The notes beneath the pieces are model-generated. The model worked only from the letters and a program-made list of their open reading frames with translations. It was not told the origin of the DNA and searched no databases. Below are positions 14,101-26,290 of a stretch of 64,000 bases of DNA, piece after piece (position 1 is the stretch's first letter; each line of letters begins with the position of its first letter). Origin of the DNA: Mytilus edulis (lineage: Eukaryota). Location of the stretch: contig NC_092349.1 of NCBI RefSeq assembly GCF_963676685.1, forward strand, positions 55,738,001-55,802,000, written 5' to 3'. The translations under genes and the position numbers were made by a program.

Positions 14101-17100
14101 TTGGTTTTCCCCGTTTGAATGGTTTTACACTAGTAAATTTTGGGGCCCTTTATAGCTTGCTATTCCGTGTGAGCCAAGGCTCCATGTTGAAGGTCGTACT
14201 TTGACCTATAATGGTTTACTTTATAAATTGTTACTTGGATGGAGAGTTGTCTCACTGGCACTCATACCACTTCTTCCTATATCTATATAACCAAGTTAAC
14301 GTATCTTTACACACACAAATCTTGTCAGATGTTACTTGTGCACTATAACTTTGCTTATTCAGATGATGAATTGCATTACACGCACGATAACATGTGGTTG
14401 ATATGAAGGACCCACATGGCACAAAAAGAGACCAGGCCCATTTGTTTTTTTAAATTTCTGTCAGAATGCTATTATAAACTGTCAGACAAATTTTGTAGGA
14501 GTTATTGCCCTTAAATGATAAGTAATAACTTTGAAAAAAAACGTTGCCTGATATTGCCGAGCTATTGAAATTTGTCTTAAGAAAGATAGAAATTTTGACT
14601 AGAATAAATGATCATCAAGAAAGTGGTAATGAACAAAATCTTAATTCTACTTATTATGGGAGTTCTTAATCTTTATAAATAATCTTTTATATTGTTTTGC
14701 CTTTTTTGCGGTTTATCTTGAAAACTTAAAAAAAAAAAATTAAATAGAAACTTTGAGAAAATGAAAATTATAGCTGAATTAAAGATCTGCAAGTATGTTA
14801 ACGTGGCTGAAATTGTCAGTGCACATTTAGTAATTATTCCCCTTTTAATGATAATTTTTACTGAAAAGTGGCTATTTTTGAAGCGGTGGGCTAGCCTCTA
14901 TATCTAGTTATAATTTAATTAGGGTGTAATAGCTTCATTCTGAAAATGAGTGCACCAGCAATGCTTTCACAACAAAAGAAAGCATTCAATTCATATTATA
15001 ATTACATTTTAATGCTACAGCGATGACATTAAGAATTATATGAAACTTTTTCTTTGCAATATTTTAACATTGTCACTTATCATGCTTATAATACTGGCAG
15101 TACACACAGTCAAATCTTGTGTATTGTATTCTGAACTACATTGATATTGAAGTGTTTTGGTTGTTGTTAGCAAATCAAAATGTTGGATTCTAATAAAGCA
15201 TAGTTGAAAGCCGTACATTGACTTATAATGGTTTACTCATTGGCACTTACACCACATCTTCCTATATCTATGTTATGTATCTTTTGTTATAGTGAAGGTA
15301 ATTATGGCAACAAGACCTTGACCTTACACCTTCAAGCCATGAGGGAGCTAGTATCCAGAGATAAGAACAGGCCTGCTGTTATAGCATGGTCTCTAGCTAA
15401 TGAACCTAATTCTAGATTAAGTATATCTGGTCCTTACTTCCAGTGAGTATAAAATAGTAAATGTGGATTAATTTATTTAAATGTATACCAATTTTGTGGA
15501 TTGAGGAAACATTTAGTTTTCTTTAATTTATATTTTTGGTTTTGTTATTTTTTTTAAAGTATGCATTAAAGCCTATAGAATAGTTTTTTTTTTATTCAAC
15601 ATTTAAATTTGTGGTTTCACTTTACCTATGCTATGAAATGCATAACGATTAATATTCTAAAATAATATAAATGCTCATTATTTATCATGTTTATCAAAGA
15701 TATGATCATATGCCTGTCTGAAGACAGGAAGCTTACTAGTTTCCTTTGAGAAATTTTAATTTAATTATTTATATAAATGTGATTGTCTTGGTTGAATCTA
15801 TTTACAACTATACTTTCTTCCTTGACTATTTAGATCTAGAGCTTCACATATTTTTTAGCTGCTGCCTATTTTTTGAGTCTTTAGATTTACATGTTTTTGG
15901 GTTGCTGTGTCGATAATTGGCATAATCATTTGTTTTTGTTCATATGACATGGTTTACAATCACAGCTTTTACCTATGCTCAGTATCATGATCTATCATTA
16001 AGGTGGTACCCAACACCTTAACTAAAATTAATTTGGTTGGCTTAATTTTCTTATAATTTTGACAAAGTATTTACTTTGACCCTTTGACAAAAAATTTGAC
16101 AAAGTATTTACTTTGACCCTTTGACAAAAATATAAAAAATTCTAAAAATTTGAACCAACCGTTTAATCAGAAAAATTACACTGGTTATATAGCAGTTTGA
16201 CAAACACTTATTTTGATCATTGAGGAGCTTAATATTCCCTTAACAACACAACATCATTAAAACGTTCTGCTGATTTTACAGAGTTATGTCCCTGTAGTGT
16301 TAGGTACCACCTTAAAGGTAAAGAAGCAATCTCTTTTAACTGAATTTAAATGCAATTGTATTGTAATTTCAGAAATTATTGCAAGGTTTTTAACTATTGA
16401 TTATTAACTCGACTTGATGAGAATTGCAATTGAATAACCTTCAGTTTGACAGTTTTAATTTGTTTGACAGAGTGGTTTGATCTGGCGTTAATGCATCAAA
16501 ATCATACATGCAGTTTCACAGAACTTTATTTTATTTCAATTTTATACATTTTTCCAATGGATTAGAAGCTCTACAGTTTTAGTTTGATTTCTATTTAAAT
16601 ACAGCACAGTGGTGGATCCAGGGGGGTTCCTTGGGTTGAAACCCCTCTGTTTTTTTGGATGATCAATGCATATTTGAATGGGGACGTATAGTTGGACAAC
16701 CCCTCCCCCTCCCCCTCCCCTACTTTGACTTAAAGTATCATCTTTAAATTATTGATTTTTTTAATTTCACCTTAGTACATCAAAATATATCAAGAAGTTA
16801 TTGGGCTGTTATTAACAAAGTGAAAGCAGCATGTCATTTTAAAATCATTTTTTAAATGTTTTAACAATTATGGAACTCTTGGTAATTACACCCTTTTACT
16901 TCTTAGACAGGTATATAATTTGACAAAGGCTCTGGATCCATCTAGACTGGTAACCTTTGCTTCAAGTAACAGTAACCCATTAACTGATCATGCAGTTAGT
17001 ATATTTTAATTATATACATATTTATGCAAATTAAATTGAAAATACATTTTTATCTTCCACTATTCAGTGGCTGAGTCACATATTGTAACTGTTGTCTACT

Positions 17101-20084
17101 CTACTAAAAACCAACAGTTGTCTGTATGGTTTTTGTCCTCTTTATAGATATGGATCTAGATCTGTTTTGGTTTATGAGTGTTAAATGATGATTTACTGAT
17201 CATTTTGGTATTTCGTTTCCAATAATATACTTTTGGAAGGTCTAAGGTCATTGGGAGACAGCTAAATACCAAAAGTGTAAATATATTTTTAACCAATAGA
17301 AGAAAATATGCATATTTTGAAAACTTTTCTTGATGCATTTTGCATTTATCTTTTCAGTAATCTTTATAAGTACATGTACAAAGATTATACATGGTTTAGT
17401 AATTATATTTATAATATTCAGATGAGTTTCAAGATATCACTGACAAAAGTAATCAATAGCAAAAATATAAGAAAGAGACGTGTACAAGGCTATCTTCAGT
17501 TATAATTAAGTTATCATGAAACATACAGATATTGAAAAGATTGAAAATCCCTTAAGAATTGATTCAAACGCTTGTGCATAAAAAAAAGAACATTTCAGAT
17601 AAAATGATTGAAAAACACAGACACATTCAGTAGAAATTCAAGTTTAGATTTACATTTTGTTGGTAGGGAATCACAGCTCACAACAGTTTATTTTTCTTTT
17701 ATAGATGAACATAGTTGATATTATTATGGTAAACATCTATTTTGGTTGGTACCAAGACACTGGTTACCTACAGACAATTCCATACCAGGTACCACCAACT
17801 TTGGGAGGTCTATTTAAGCACTACAATAAACCTGTAATGGTCTCAGAATATGGAGCAGAAACTCTAACAGGATTACACACAGTAGGTTTTTCTTCTTCTT
17901 GTTTAATTTAAAAAAAAAGTAGCATGTTTTTTGTTTATAGCAGTTTTGTTCTGATACAAATGGTGTATGCTGTGTCAGTATGTTTCATTGATATAAGAAG
18001 ATGTGGTATAGGTGTCAATGAGAAAACTCTCCCCTCCAAGTCACCATTTGTAAAAGTTATCCATTATAGGTCAAAGTACAGTCTTCAACACGGAGCCTTA
18101 GCTCACATCAAAAACAGAGCTATATATATAAAGAGCCACAAAAATGACATGGTGTAAAACCATTCAACAAGAAAATCAAGTGTCTAAAAAACAACAACAC
18201 AAGACACACTTATGAACCACATCAACAAACAACAACCACTGAACATCAGCTCACTACCCGTTTTAATTTCCCATTTACATAACTTTAAGCCAATAATCTT
18301 ACTTCTGTACTGCTGAAGGTTTGCTCCTCTGTTTCAAAATAGCAAACTTTTTAAAAGAACTATTACAAATTGATAGTGTAAATACAAAGGAACTTAAAAA
18401 GTGATAAAAAATGATACGACTGTGTTCTTGTTTTTGAGATATAATCAATTGAAATTTCAGTGGGAAATGATTCTCTCTTGATTGTTTTTACATCTAACAT
18501 TGGCACCTTTTTCTCTTCAAAAACTATGAAAAAATAACAATAATTTAAAAAAATGGCTTTTACAAAATATGCAATAAAATTATATAAAGAATAGGAGTAA
18601 GCAGACAAAATTTTTGTTGAAACTACATGGATAAAACTAGAGGAATATGAATATCTTTGAAAAAGTCTAAATCAAGAGTAGCGAACATCCTTAATTATCA
18701 TTTTTGTCTATTAACATGCTTAGGGCTGTTAATTAATTCATAATTGTGTTGTTTTGCAAAGTATGTTGACCATAGAGGGGCATAAGATACCAGAGGGACA
18801 GACAAATTCATAGATTGAAAATAAACTGACAACGCCATATAGCTAAATATGAACAATAAATAGACAAACAGACTAAAAATAGTACACACGACTTGTAAAT
18901 GGTGAGATAGGCCAAGGGAGATACAATTTGTAGCAATTATATATATAAAGTTAATATTTTTATTTGTCCATAGAGTCCATCATTTACATTCTCAGAAGAA
19001 TATCAGAAAGACTTACTCATTCAGTATCATCAAGTATATGATACCTTAAGAAAAGAGTATTTAGCTGGAGAAATGATCTGGAACTTTGCTGATTTCCTCA
19101 TTGATCAAAGTAAGTATTAAGTTTAATTTGTCCATGACCAGTACATGTTGAGTATGACAAATTGTGGAAATATTGGTCTATTGTCTGAATTCAAAGTTGA
19201 ATACTGACCATGCAAGACCCTCATGGGTAGTCATGGTGGTTACGCTCCCCAATTGTAGTAGTCAATTCAAATCAAGGTATTATGAACTTAACATACATAA
19301 GAAATACCAGACCTGTTAGATTAAATATTAGAAAAAGGAAATATTGACTAAGCAGCAGAGAGATGCTTTAAGATTCTTTTTTTTATAAATATGTTTTTAA
19401 TCAAGATATTCTTACAATTCATATAAATTAACAGGGTCTAGAGCATGAACGCAGTTGACCAGGTCTCCAATTTAATTTGAATTATAAATTTGTCATTTGG
19501 TTAGAACTATAAAAAAATTTAAATAGAAGGGTTGAACCAAATGCAGTTAAGTTCAAGTCACATAATTTCACAAAATATATTCTCTATATATATTCCCTCA
19601 TCCTGCTGTTGATTCGATACATTTCTAATTTTCTGATTTACCAGTAGTTACTTGACTGAGAAGATCAGGAGTCGGTTTGAAAAAAAATTACGACTATGAT
19701 TGATTGTAAGTATAATGAATTGTTCATTGCTAACTATCAGTCTTAGTTGTAAGTTTTTTTGGGAAACAGACTCTAGAGCTGGAGAAACATACGTACTTCT
19801 TTGAAGCTCATTATTGCTACACATGAATTAAGATTATTATTTGCAAGACAACGTCTCACCACATTTTTGTGTTCTAACCAAACAATTTCCTTGCACTATT
19901 ATTGATCTTTAGTCCATGTCATGTTCTAATGTATTGACACACTTTTGTTATTACAGAAACTAATTGGGCATATGGTTGTAACAAAGGACTATTTACAAGA
20001 CACAGACAACCTAAAATGGCCGCCTTTACTGTTAGAGAGAGATATATGAAAATGATTAATGAAACTCAGAAGTACCAGAACTAA
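4968..20084 (+). CDS. GUSB: Beta-glucuronidase (GUSB)-like glycoside hydrolase family 2 gene, 5'-partial; join(4968-5144,6195-6364,8662-8804,9583-9782,12637-12783,13773-13948,15293-15442,16907-16994,17705-17881,18974-19109,19957-20084)
   Basis: 11 exons with AG acceptors and GT (one GC) donors join in frame (1692 nt, 563 aa + TAA). GH2/GUSB motifs: [42 protein letters not shown] (acid/base Glu), SEYGAE (nucleophile Glu), [17 protein letters not shown]. Exon layout parallels vertebrate GUSB exons 2-12. May be a paralog rather than the strict ortholog. Confidence 0.95.
6195..6364 (+). CDS. GUSB: GUSB-like exon ([18 protein letters not shown]...[12 protein letters not shown])
   Basis: tttcag acceptor, gtaagt donor, 170 nt, phase 0-2. 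Confidence 0.93.
6941..7985 (+). mobile_element. HINE-like element with internal tandem repeats
   Basis: 5' T-run + hairpin gtcgagcctgca...tgcagaaagctcgac; repeated tcatctgaccttgacctcattttcatggttca units; end ggcgagaca...gtgtgcactc. Confidence 0.7.
8662..8804 (+). CDS. GUSB: GUSB-like exon ([22 protein letters not shown]...TNNG), GC donor
   Basis: ttgtag acceptor, AG|GCAAGT donor, 143 nt, phase 2-1. Confidence 0.9.
9061..9258. mobile_element. 198-bp GC-rich MITE with target-site duplication CATACCTG
   Basis: TIR aggggggatag / ctatcctccct, internal cgggatttcgggat repeats, direct repeat catacctg at 9053-9060 and 9259-9266. Confidence 0.8.
9583..9782 (+). CDS. GUSB: GUSB-like exon (SNTGTVYW...KLWWPY...YVLK)
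   Basis: tttag acceptor, gtaagt donor, 200 nt, phase 1-0. Confidence 0.9.
10120..10512. mobile_element. Palindrome-terminated non-autonomous element
   Basis: ~145-bp imperfect palindrome 10126-10270; ttaattacacc (10270-10280) recurs inverted at 10502-10512. Confidence 0.7.
10523..11820 (+). mobile_element. HINE-like element, 5' end disrupted, carrying a nested TTAA element
   Basis: (cgt)n microsatellite start, internal repeats (tttaggaattaggggccaaaa...), GC-rich terminal stem-loop followed by a T-run. Confidence 0.65.
11174..11667. mobile_element. Kolobok-like non-autonomous DNA transposon (TTAA TSD)
   Basis: ttaa|ggtggtatgggtgtct ... agactcccataccacc|ttaa. Confidence 0.85.
12637..12783 (+). 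CDS. GUSB: GUSB-like exon (VTVKD...PFGFRTV...[17 protein letters not shown]); not in ORF track
   Basis: taacag acceptor, gtaagt donor, 147 nt, phase 0-0. Confidence 0.93.
13504..13712. mobile_element. TA-flanked Tc1/mariner-type MITE
   Basis: ta|ctgtggattcattta ... taaatgaatctacag|ta; degenerate relative at ~15457-15670. Confidence 0.8.
13773..13948 (+). CDS. GUSB: GUSB-like exon (LRGKGLD...[11 protein letters not shown]...[10 protein letters not shown])
   Basis: ttccag acceptor, gtaaga donor, 176 nt, phase 0-2. Confidence 0.94.
15293..15442 (+). CDS. GUSB: GUSB-like exon with acid/base Glu ([17 protein letters not shown])
   Basis: ttatag acceptor, gtgagt donor, 150 nt, phase 2-2. Confidence 0.94.
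16002..16311. mobile_element. Kolobok-like MITE (TTAA TSD), family shared with 43963-44227
   Basis: ttaa|ggtggtacccaacac ... gtgttaggtaccacc|ttaa; internal ~37-bp tandem duplication at ~16057-16130. Confidence 0.85.
16907..16994 (+). CDS. GUSB: GUSB-like exon ([20 protein letters not shown]...DHA); not in ORF track
   Basis: tcttag acceptor, gttagt donor, 88 nt, phase 2-0. Confidence 0.9.
17705..17881 (+). CDS. GUSB: GUSB-like exon with nucleophile Glu (NIYFGWY...[12 protein letters not shown])
   Basis: ttatag acceptor, gtaggt donor, 177 nt, phase 0-0. Confidence 0.94.
18974..19109 (+). CDS. GUSB: GUSB-like exon ([11 protein letters not shown]...[14 protein letters not shown]); not in ORF track
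   Basis: ccatag acceptor, gtaagt donor, 136 nt, phase 0-1. Confidence 0.94.
19665..19775. mobile_element. ~110-bp palindromic MITE, family shared with 45038-45147
   Basis: gagtcggttt...aaaaattacgacta / tagttgtaagtttttt...aaacagactc. Confidence 0.65.
19957..20084 (+). CDS. GUSB: GUSB-like last coding exon ([30 protein letters not shown]...QN*); not in ORF track
   Basis: ttacag acceptor, TAA at 20082-20084. Confidence 0.94.
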
Positions 20085-20248
20085 TAAAGGGATAAATATT
20101 TGACAATCATATACTAGTATATATATAGATATATGTGAACCAGAACAAAATACTACACTTAAATAAAAATCAAGATATGAATGATTTATTATATATACAT
20201 ATTTTTTGTAGGATTTCTTTGTTTCATACATTTCAATTTTACAATAAA
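20083..20248 (+). promoter_or_regulatory. Candidate polyadenylation signals of the GUSB-like gene
   Basis: AATAAA at 20083-20088 (overlapping the stop), 20162-20167 and 20243-20248; common by chance in AT-rich DNA. Confidence 0.35.
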
Positions 20249-21844
20249 AACATCCCTGTCTCATTCTATATTTATATCACTCTAATTTTGTAATTTAGAG
20301 TTTACAATTTTAATTAGAATACAAATTTATCGATTGAAAAAAACAAGGAAATTATTAGATTTGAATATGACATTATCCAATATTCTTCTAAGAAAACCTT
20401 GACAAATTTCTCTTCAGTGCAATATGTTTTTTTACATTAAAGATTGAATAATTACAAAGAATTTTCCAACTTTTTTATGCAAGCCCAAGAAAAATTGCCA
20501 CAAGATTTTTTTTCAAGTTTGGACTGAAATTTCATAATTATCAAATAAGCAAGCACCACAATGTTTTTTTTTTAAATGAGGTTAAAGGATAAGAAGAGAG
20601 AAGATTTTAATAATCTGTTTGAAAATTTTGGATTGTTTTTAATAGTTAGACTTAGTTGGAAAGTTGTATATGTACGTATAAATTGTTAATGTCGCAAATA
20701 TAAGAGGATCTTAGTCTATTTGCTTAAAGCTTATTATCATGTTTTATTTTTTATATAGACTAATGTGGGATGCTTATAGTATTATTTAATTAAGGAAAGC
20801 CTACACTAATTATACAATGAAATGATATTTATAGAAAGGTTGTAGCATTGTTTTCATTAACGAGACAACAAAAGAAAAAGATGTAACTAAATTTTTTTTT
20901 TAAATTATTTATGTAGAATGTTAGATGACTAATACTTTTTTCAATATTTATGTAGAATGTTAGATGACTATGTGATGATGTTGATGTATATGAAAAAGAC
21001 AAGTTTGTTTCATACTCTATTTTATGAATGAGATTAAGTAAGGAGATTGTAGTAGTATTCTTATGAATGAAACTAATTCCAGATAGTTTAGTTGTTTGTT
21101 AAAGCTGCAATTGACAAAAGAGTTAAATTAATTTTTCAAATTGCAAAATTAGTACCTGCTTACATAATGATAGTAGTATGAGAATGATGTAATAACTATT
21201 TTTTTATATATTTTATGAAATGGGAAAATTGTTGCAAAGTTTTTATAATTTTAGAGATATCTATTATATTTTTGTATGACATTCCTTGTTTTTTTCTATT
21301 ATGATTTACATTTAAATTTTGAATACCTTATCTACATTATTTGTTTGAAATTTATGTTTGTAATCCATTTTATAATTATACACCAAGTGCTGCCAATCTT
21401 TATACTGTTCAAGACTCAATGTAAAAAATAAAGTATATGTGATTTAATCTTGCCTAATTATTTGATAGCTGCTGAAATAACTGATGATCAATATTTTTTC
21501 TGTTGAACTTACAATCACTTTATTTTACTTGGGCACTAAAATAAATCTTTAACCAATTTTACTGTGAAAGCTGAAGTTTTCTTTGGGGTTGTAAGTTTAT
21601 TTATTAGATTTAACCCCAACAAACTTTTAATTTACATACGTATATTACAATAGTGTAATGGAGTTAATTAAATATAATTCCAATTAAATTAAATTCAAAG
21701 ACAAAACTAGGAAAGGTTAACTCTACTTAAATCAATGTTTCTATAGTAGATGATTCACCTTTTTTTCATTTTTTCTTCATTCAAAAACTTAAAAGATGAA
21801 AATATAGCCTTCAAAATAATTGTACCATTAAGATTTTTATATTT

Positions 21845-22040
21845 AAGGATTTTCTTATCCCAGACATAGATGACCTTAGCAGTTTTGGAATTTTGGATCC
21901 TCAATGCTCTTAAATTTTGTTCTTGTTTGGCTTTATAAATATTTTGATATGAGCGTAACTAATGAGTCTTATGAGACAAAATGCGCATCTGGCATACTAA
22001 ATTATAATCCTGGTAATCGTGGTACCTTTGATAACTATTT
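21845..22040 (+). repeat. Dispersed repeat containing a degenerate type I hammerhead-ribozyme-like motif (retrozyme/Penelope-associated)
   Basis: ctaatga-gtc(ttatga)gac-aaaa-tgc(gcatctg)gca-ta at 21959-21996; related copies at ~1430-1475(-), 40874-40920(-) and ~53025-53070(+). Confidence 0.65.
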
Positions 22041-22618
22041 CCTTTAGGATAATTGCTACTTTTTTTTTCTTTTATCTATGTGCTATGGTTGCACAGTTTT
22101 AATCAATTTAACACTCATGATTATCTAAATTCATCCTCCTCATGATCATTTTGAATGTTAAAGTATTATAAGTAAATTGAGATTGTATTTTGATCATACT
22201 TGCAGTTTATAAATACTCACTCCACAAAATACTCAATGTAACCACATTAAGTTTCTTTTTTTAACTCTGTATGGAAGGCTTTGCCATGTTTTGAGAACAG
22301 ATAACAGCAATTAAAGCATCAATATTGTGGATTAGATATTTGCAAGTACATGTAATTAAGTTTTGCCATGAGTTAGAACTTGGTTCCAATTGCTCAGTAA
22401 AAAATGTGTACATTTTTAAGAACTCCAAGAAGAGATATTGATACAAACAAAATTTTAATTTGAGTTTGGTTCTGTATCACAAACATTCCCTGACTAACAT
22501 ATCAAACAGTATTATTATTTTTTAAAACAAGTATTTAGAAATATCAAATAATTTGTACTTGTTCTTTTACACTTTTTAGTCCAATAAATCGGACCATTTA
22601 GTTGATGTAATATAAGAA

Positions 22619-22711
22619 GAACAAACTTATAGTAGACTGATTGATTGATTGAACAAACTTATAGTAGACTGATTGATTGATTGAACAAACTTATAGTAGA
22701 CTGATTGATTG
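22619..22711. repeat. 32-bp tandem repeat x~3 (gaacaaacttatagtagactgattgattgatt)
   Basis: Units start at 22619, 22651 and 22683 with no spacers. Confidence 0.92.
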
Positions 22712-23959
22712 TTTGTTTGTTAATGTCTAGTGACAAATAGTTCATGCATTTCAGGACAAGAAACAATTATCAATGAATACAATAGGTAGGTTCTGTAACA
22801 GGAAAACTTATGACATGAACTTAATAACAAGTCATCATAATACAATTTTGTAGCATTTTGTTATGAGTTTCTTTATTTTGATCTCTTTTCTAAAGTAACT
22901 TTGTGCACATTTATTTTGGACAGTATTGAAATGTTCATATTAATTTAGTAGCTGTTTTTCTTTAATATATTTGTAGTGCTTTTGATATTATGAATAAAAA
23001 AAATTATAAAAAAAGACTTGTTTGCTTTGGTGAATTTATATGAGTTGATAAGACTTTATGACTGTCAATGTTACATTGACAATGTGGGTTAAGGAAAACA
23101 ACATAATATTGTTCCAACATTTGACGAATTTGAGGTAGTAATTATTGCCAATGAGACAACCCCGGGGCTCCTACAGATGCCAATTGACATTGAAATTAGC
23201 TAGCAACTATAGATCACCATATGACCTTCAACAATGTGCAAATCAAAAACCACATAGCAAGATATCAAAAGATAAAATTAATAAAATTAAAACACAGAAT
23301 TTCTTTCTATTGTACAAAAGCAATAAACGAAAATCAAATATCAGTGTACAGCAACAAACCACAATCACTGATTTACAGGCTCATGACTTAGGACAGGCAC
23401 ATACTAAATGTTGCGGGGTAAACTGTTTGCTGCACCTAGCCCTCCTTACCTTGAATTTTCAAACGATATAATATGAGAATAAATGATAAGAAATCTATTG
23501 TGAAAGCTTGCTTATCAGAACAAAACAAATTAAAAAGCGACTATCAAAAAAAAAAAGACAAACGGTACACAAATCTGTGAGTACTTGCAGTTTCTAAAAG
23601 CTAGTTCAAAACCACTTACTACTAAAAAATTATAAATTTATCTAAGACTGAAATATAAAGCGGTACATATCCAACATCCTATTAAGCTGCATTAAAGACC
23701 TATTGGTGACTTTCTGCTGGTGTCTGTTCTATGGTCAGATTGTTGTCTCTTTGACACATTCCCCATTTCTATTCTAAATTTTATAAGTCATTAACAATCA
23801 GAGAAATACATGGCCTTTTGCAATGCCAAAACTAAGCTATTGAAATTGAATATAGGAATAATTAATTGAGTACAAAATCGATTTTAGCCGATAAACACAA
23901 TATTCAGATATATACTTATAAATGTCAAAACTTCAAGATATATCATTGTCTTTATGAAA

Positions 23960-24700
23960 GAATCAAGTTCAGGTATAATGTATAAGTATATTGAGGTAAC
24001 ACAATCCTTGACTTTTAAAATAACTAAACAGCTGTACATAGAATGCGTCCAGTGAAACCCAAATCGTTTCTACCGACACGTGCATAGTGAACGATTTTGG
24101 ATAAACATACAACGTAAGTGGGAGCCGAAGAATGACACTGTCTAAGAAAGGAAACATTACAATCGGGAACGACCATGGTTCCTTCATGTCGTAAAGTTTT
24201 GTAAAAGGTTTCCAGTGTAAAACTGAAATATCTATATCTAGGAAAAGACAGTTATTGCTGTTAATATCTAATTCATTAAAAGTCAGTTCTTTTTGGTAAA
24301 TTTTGGTAAAAGATTTAGAGAATTCTTAAGTATTTAACGAAAACAAATATCCTCAAGATAACGGTACGTGTTGTTTAATTTATCAATTAGATATATTTTG
24401 GACAGTTTTGTTTTAATAAGATTGGCAAACAAAGTAATTCATAACAATACAGGAGTGACTCGAGATCTGCAATTTAAATGGTGCAATTGTGCAAAGTGAG
24501 TTTAAGTAGATTAATTTGCAATTATGTAGTTCAAACGGCCATCTAGTTTTTGTTTCAGTTATAACATATGCTTTATTACCAAATATAATGATCAGTTCCT
24601 TGAAATTGTTTGAAGAACTAGATAAAAGCATATCAATTGTATACAACTTACGAGCGGTCGATACTTTACTGGTGTTTTGTGCAGTTTATTCTAGCAATAC
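23960..24700 (-). mobile_element. Penelope-like retroelement reverse-transcriptase remnant
   Basis: Minus-strand fragments AP-IADL-LYCYE, TYRYLEDI (degenerate RYxDD), CLFLDIDI, KLYD...FPIVMFPFLDS; many stops and frameshifts. Confidence 0.75.
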
Positions 24701-24719
24701 ATGGTAGGGACCTTCATAT

Positions 24720-25241
24720 GATGAAATCATAATCTTTCAGTCAGTTTAATTGAAGTCTGGAGCTGGCATGTCAGTTAACTGCTAGTAGTCTGTTGTTATT
24801 TATGTATTATTGTCATTTTGTTTATTTTCTTTGGTTACATCTTCTGAGATCAGACTCGGACTTCTCTTGAACTGAATTTTAATGTGCGTATTGTTATGCG
24901 TTTACTTTTCTACATTGGTTAGAGGTATAGGGGGAGGGTTGAGATCTCACAAACATGTTTAACCCAGCCGCATTTTTGCGCCTGTCCCAAGTCAGGAGCC
25001 TCTGGCCTTTGTTAGTCTTGTATTATTTTAATTTTAGTTTCTTGTGTACAATTTGGAAATTAGTATGGCGTTCATTATCATTGGACTAGTATATATTTGT
25101 TTAGGGGCCAGCTGAAGGACGACTCCGGGTGCGGGAATTTCTCGCTACATTGAAGACCTGTTGGTGACCCTCTGCTGTTGTTTTTTATTTGGTCGGGTTG
25201 TTGTCTCTTTGACACATTCCCCATTTCCATTCTCAATTTTA
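24720..25241 (+). mobile_element. SINE-like dispersed repeat with Nin/Deu-like core, family A
   Basis: Core catgtttaaccc...gcctgtcccaagtcaggagcct; 3' part duplicated at ~23690-23782. Confidence 0.6.
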
Positions 25242-26129
25242 CCTTCTAGTGTTAAGATGAATTGTCTTATTGTGATATTAAAATGATTGTTTACAATTCA
25301 ATTCTATATAAGGGACCTCATGGACCTGTATGAAGAAGAATGTTTGATTTCTTTCTAAAAAAAAACTTACGTGTAGTACTAACTTGAGACCACCACCACA
25401 TTGTTGATAGAGGGGATCGAAATACTGAATTATTCCATACACCCTCAAACTTTCATTTAAATCATTAATGGGTATTTCATAATATTAACATAGTTATTGA
25501 TGGCTGCCCTAATACATAAATATAGGTATCATAGTCAACACGTTTGATCTAATCACGTTCAAAGTAATCGTATGGGGATACTTTTGTCGAAGGGAAAAGA
25601 TGGAATCGGCGTTTTTATTTACTGAATTGTCCGATTCTTTTCAACGTATATTATAATTTGAGTATATACTAATCTTTATCAATTTTTATTTTTTATAAAA
25701 TTGCGTCCCTTGATATACCTCACACTATCTTGAAAATGTTCAAAGTGGTAAAATTGAAATCATGCCTTAGAAAATTTACGGACGTCATCACATACTGGTT
25801 GACCGTTGTTAGATAATCACGGATATGTGCAGGAAAACTGGTACCGTTAATGTTATTCATACTAACGTAACCACCTTCCTGTCCTGTTTCTCACAATAGT
25901 GACGTTATAGAATGAGAACTCATTACCAAATATGTAATAAGTATGAGCATAACGATGGGTGCCACTTGTTCCAGAGTAATTGGGATCAACTCCTATTTAG
26001 TTTGGATCATTTTGTCTAGTCTGTAGTGTTCTATTTTTGTGAACTTGCTTGACTCTTTTTCGTTTTCAGTTTTTGCCATTTTGTCAGTTTACTCTCGACT
26101 TGTGAATTTTGAATGTCTGCTTGTTTGCC

Positions 26130-26290
26130 AAGTGATCGGAATTCCTGCTGGAATGTTGCTACATAGAAATGGAAAGATCACAATTGGGAAGCTAAAATCA
26201 TCTCTTTCGTCGTAAAGTTTTATATTCAACAGACCCTCATTGAAAATTCCTAGATGTAAGTCGAAATATGAGGCATTGTTATCTGTAAAA
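26130..26290 (-). mobile_element. Penelope-like RT fragment
   Basis: Minus strand ASYFDLHL...KLYDERDDFSFPIVIFPFLCSNIPA; a further fragment at ~29140-29370. Confidence 0.75.

Noticed and set aside
22619-22711. 32-bp repeats as CRISPR repeats
   Set aside because: No spacers; simple tandem triplication.
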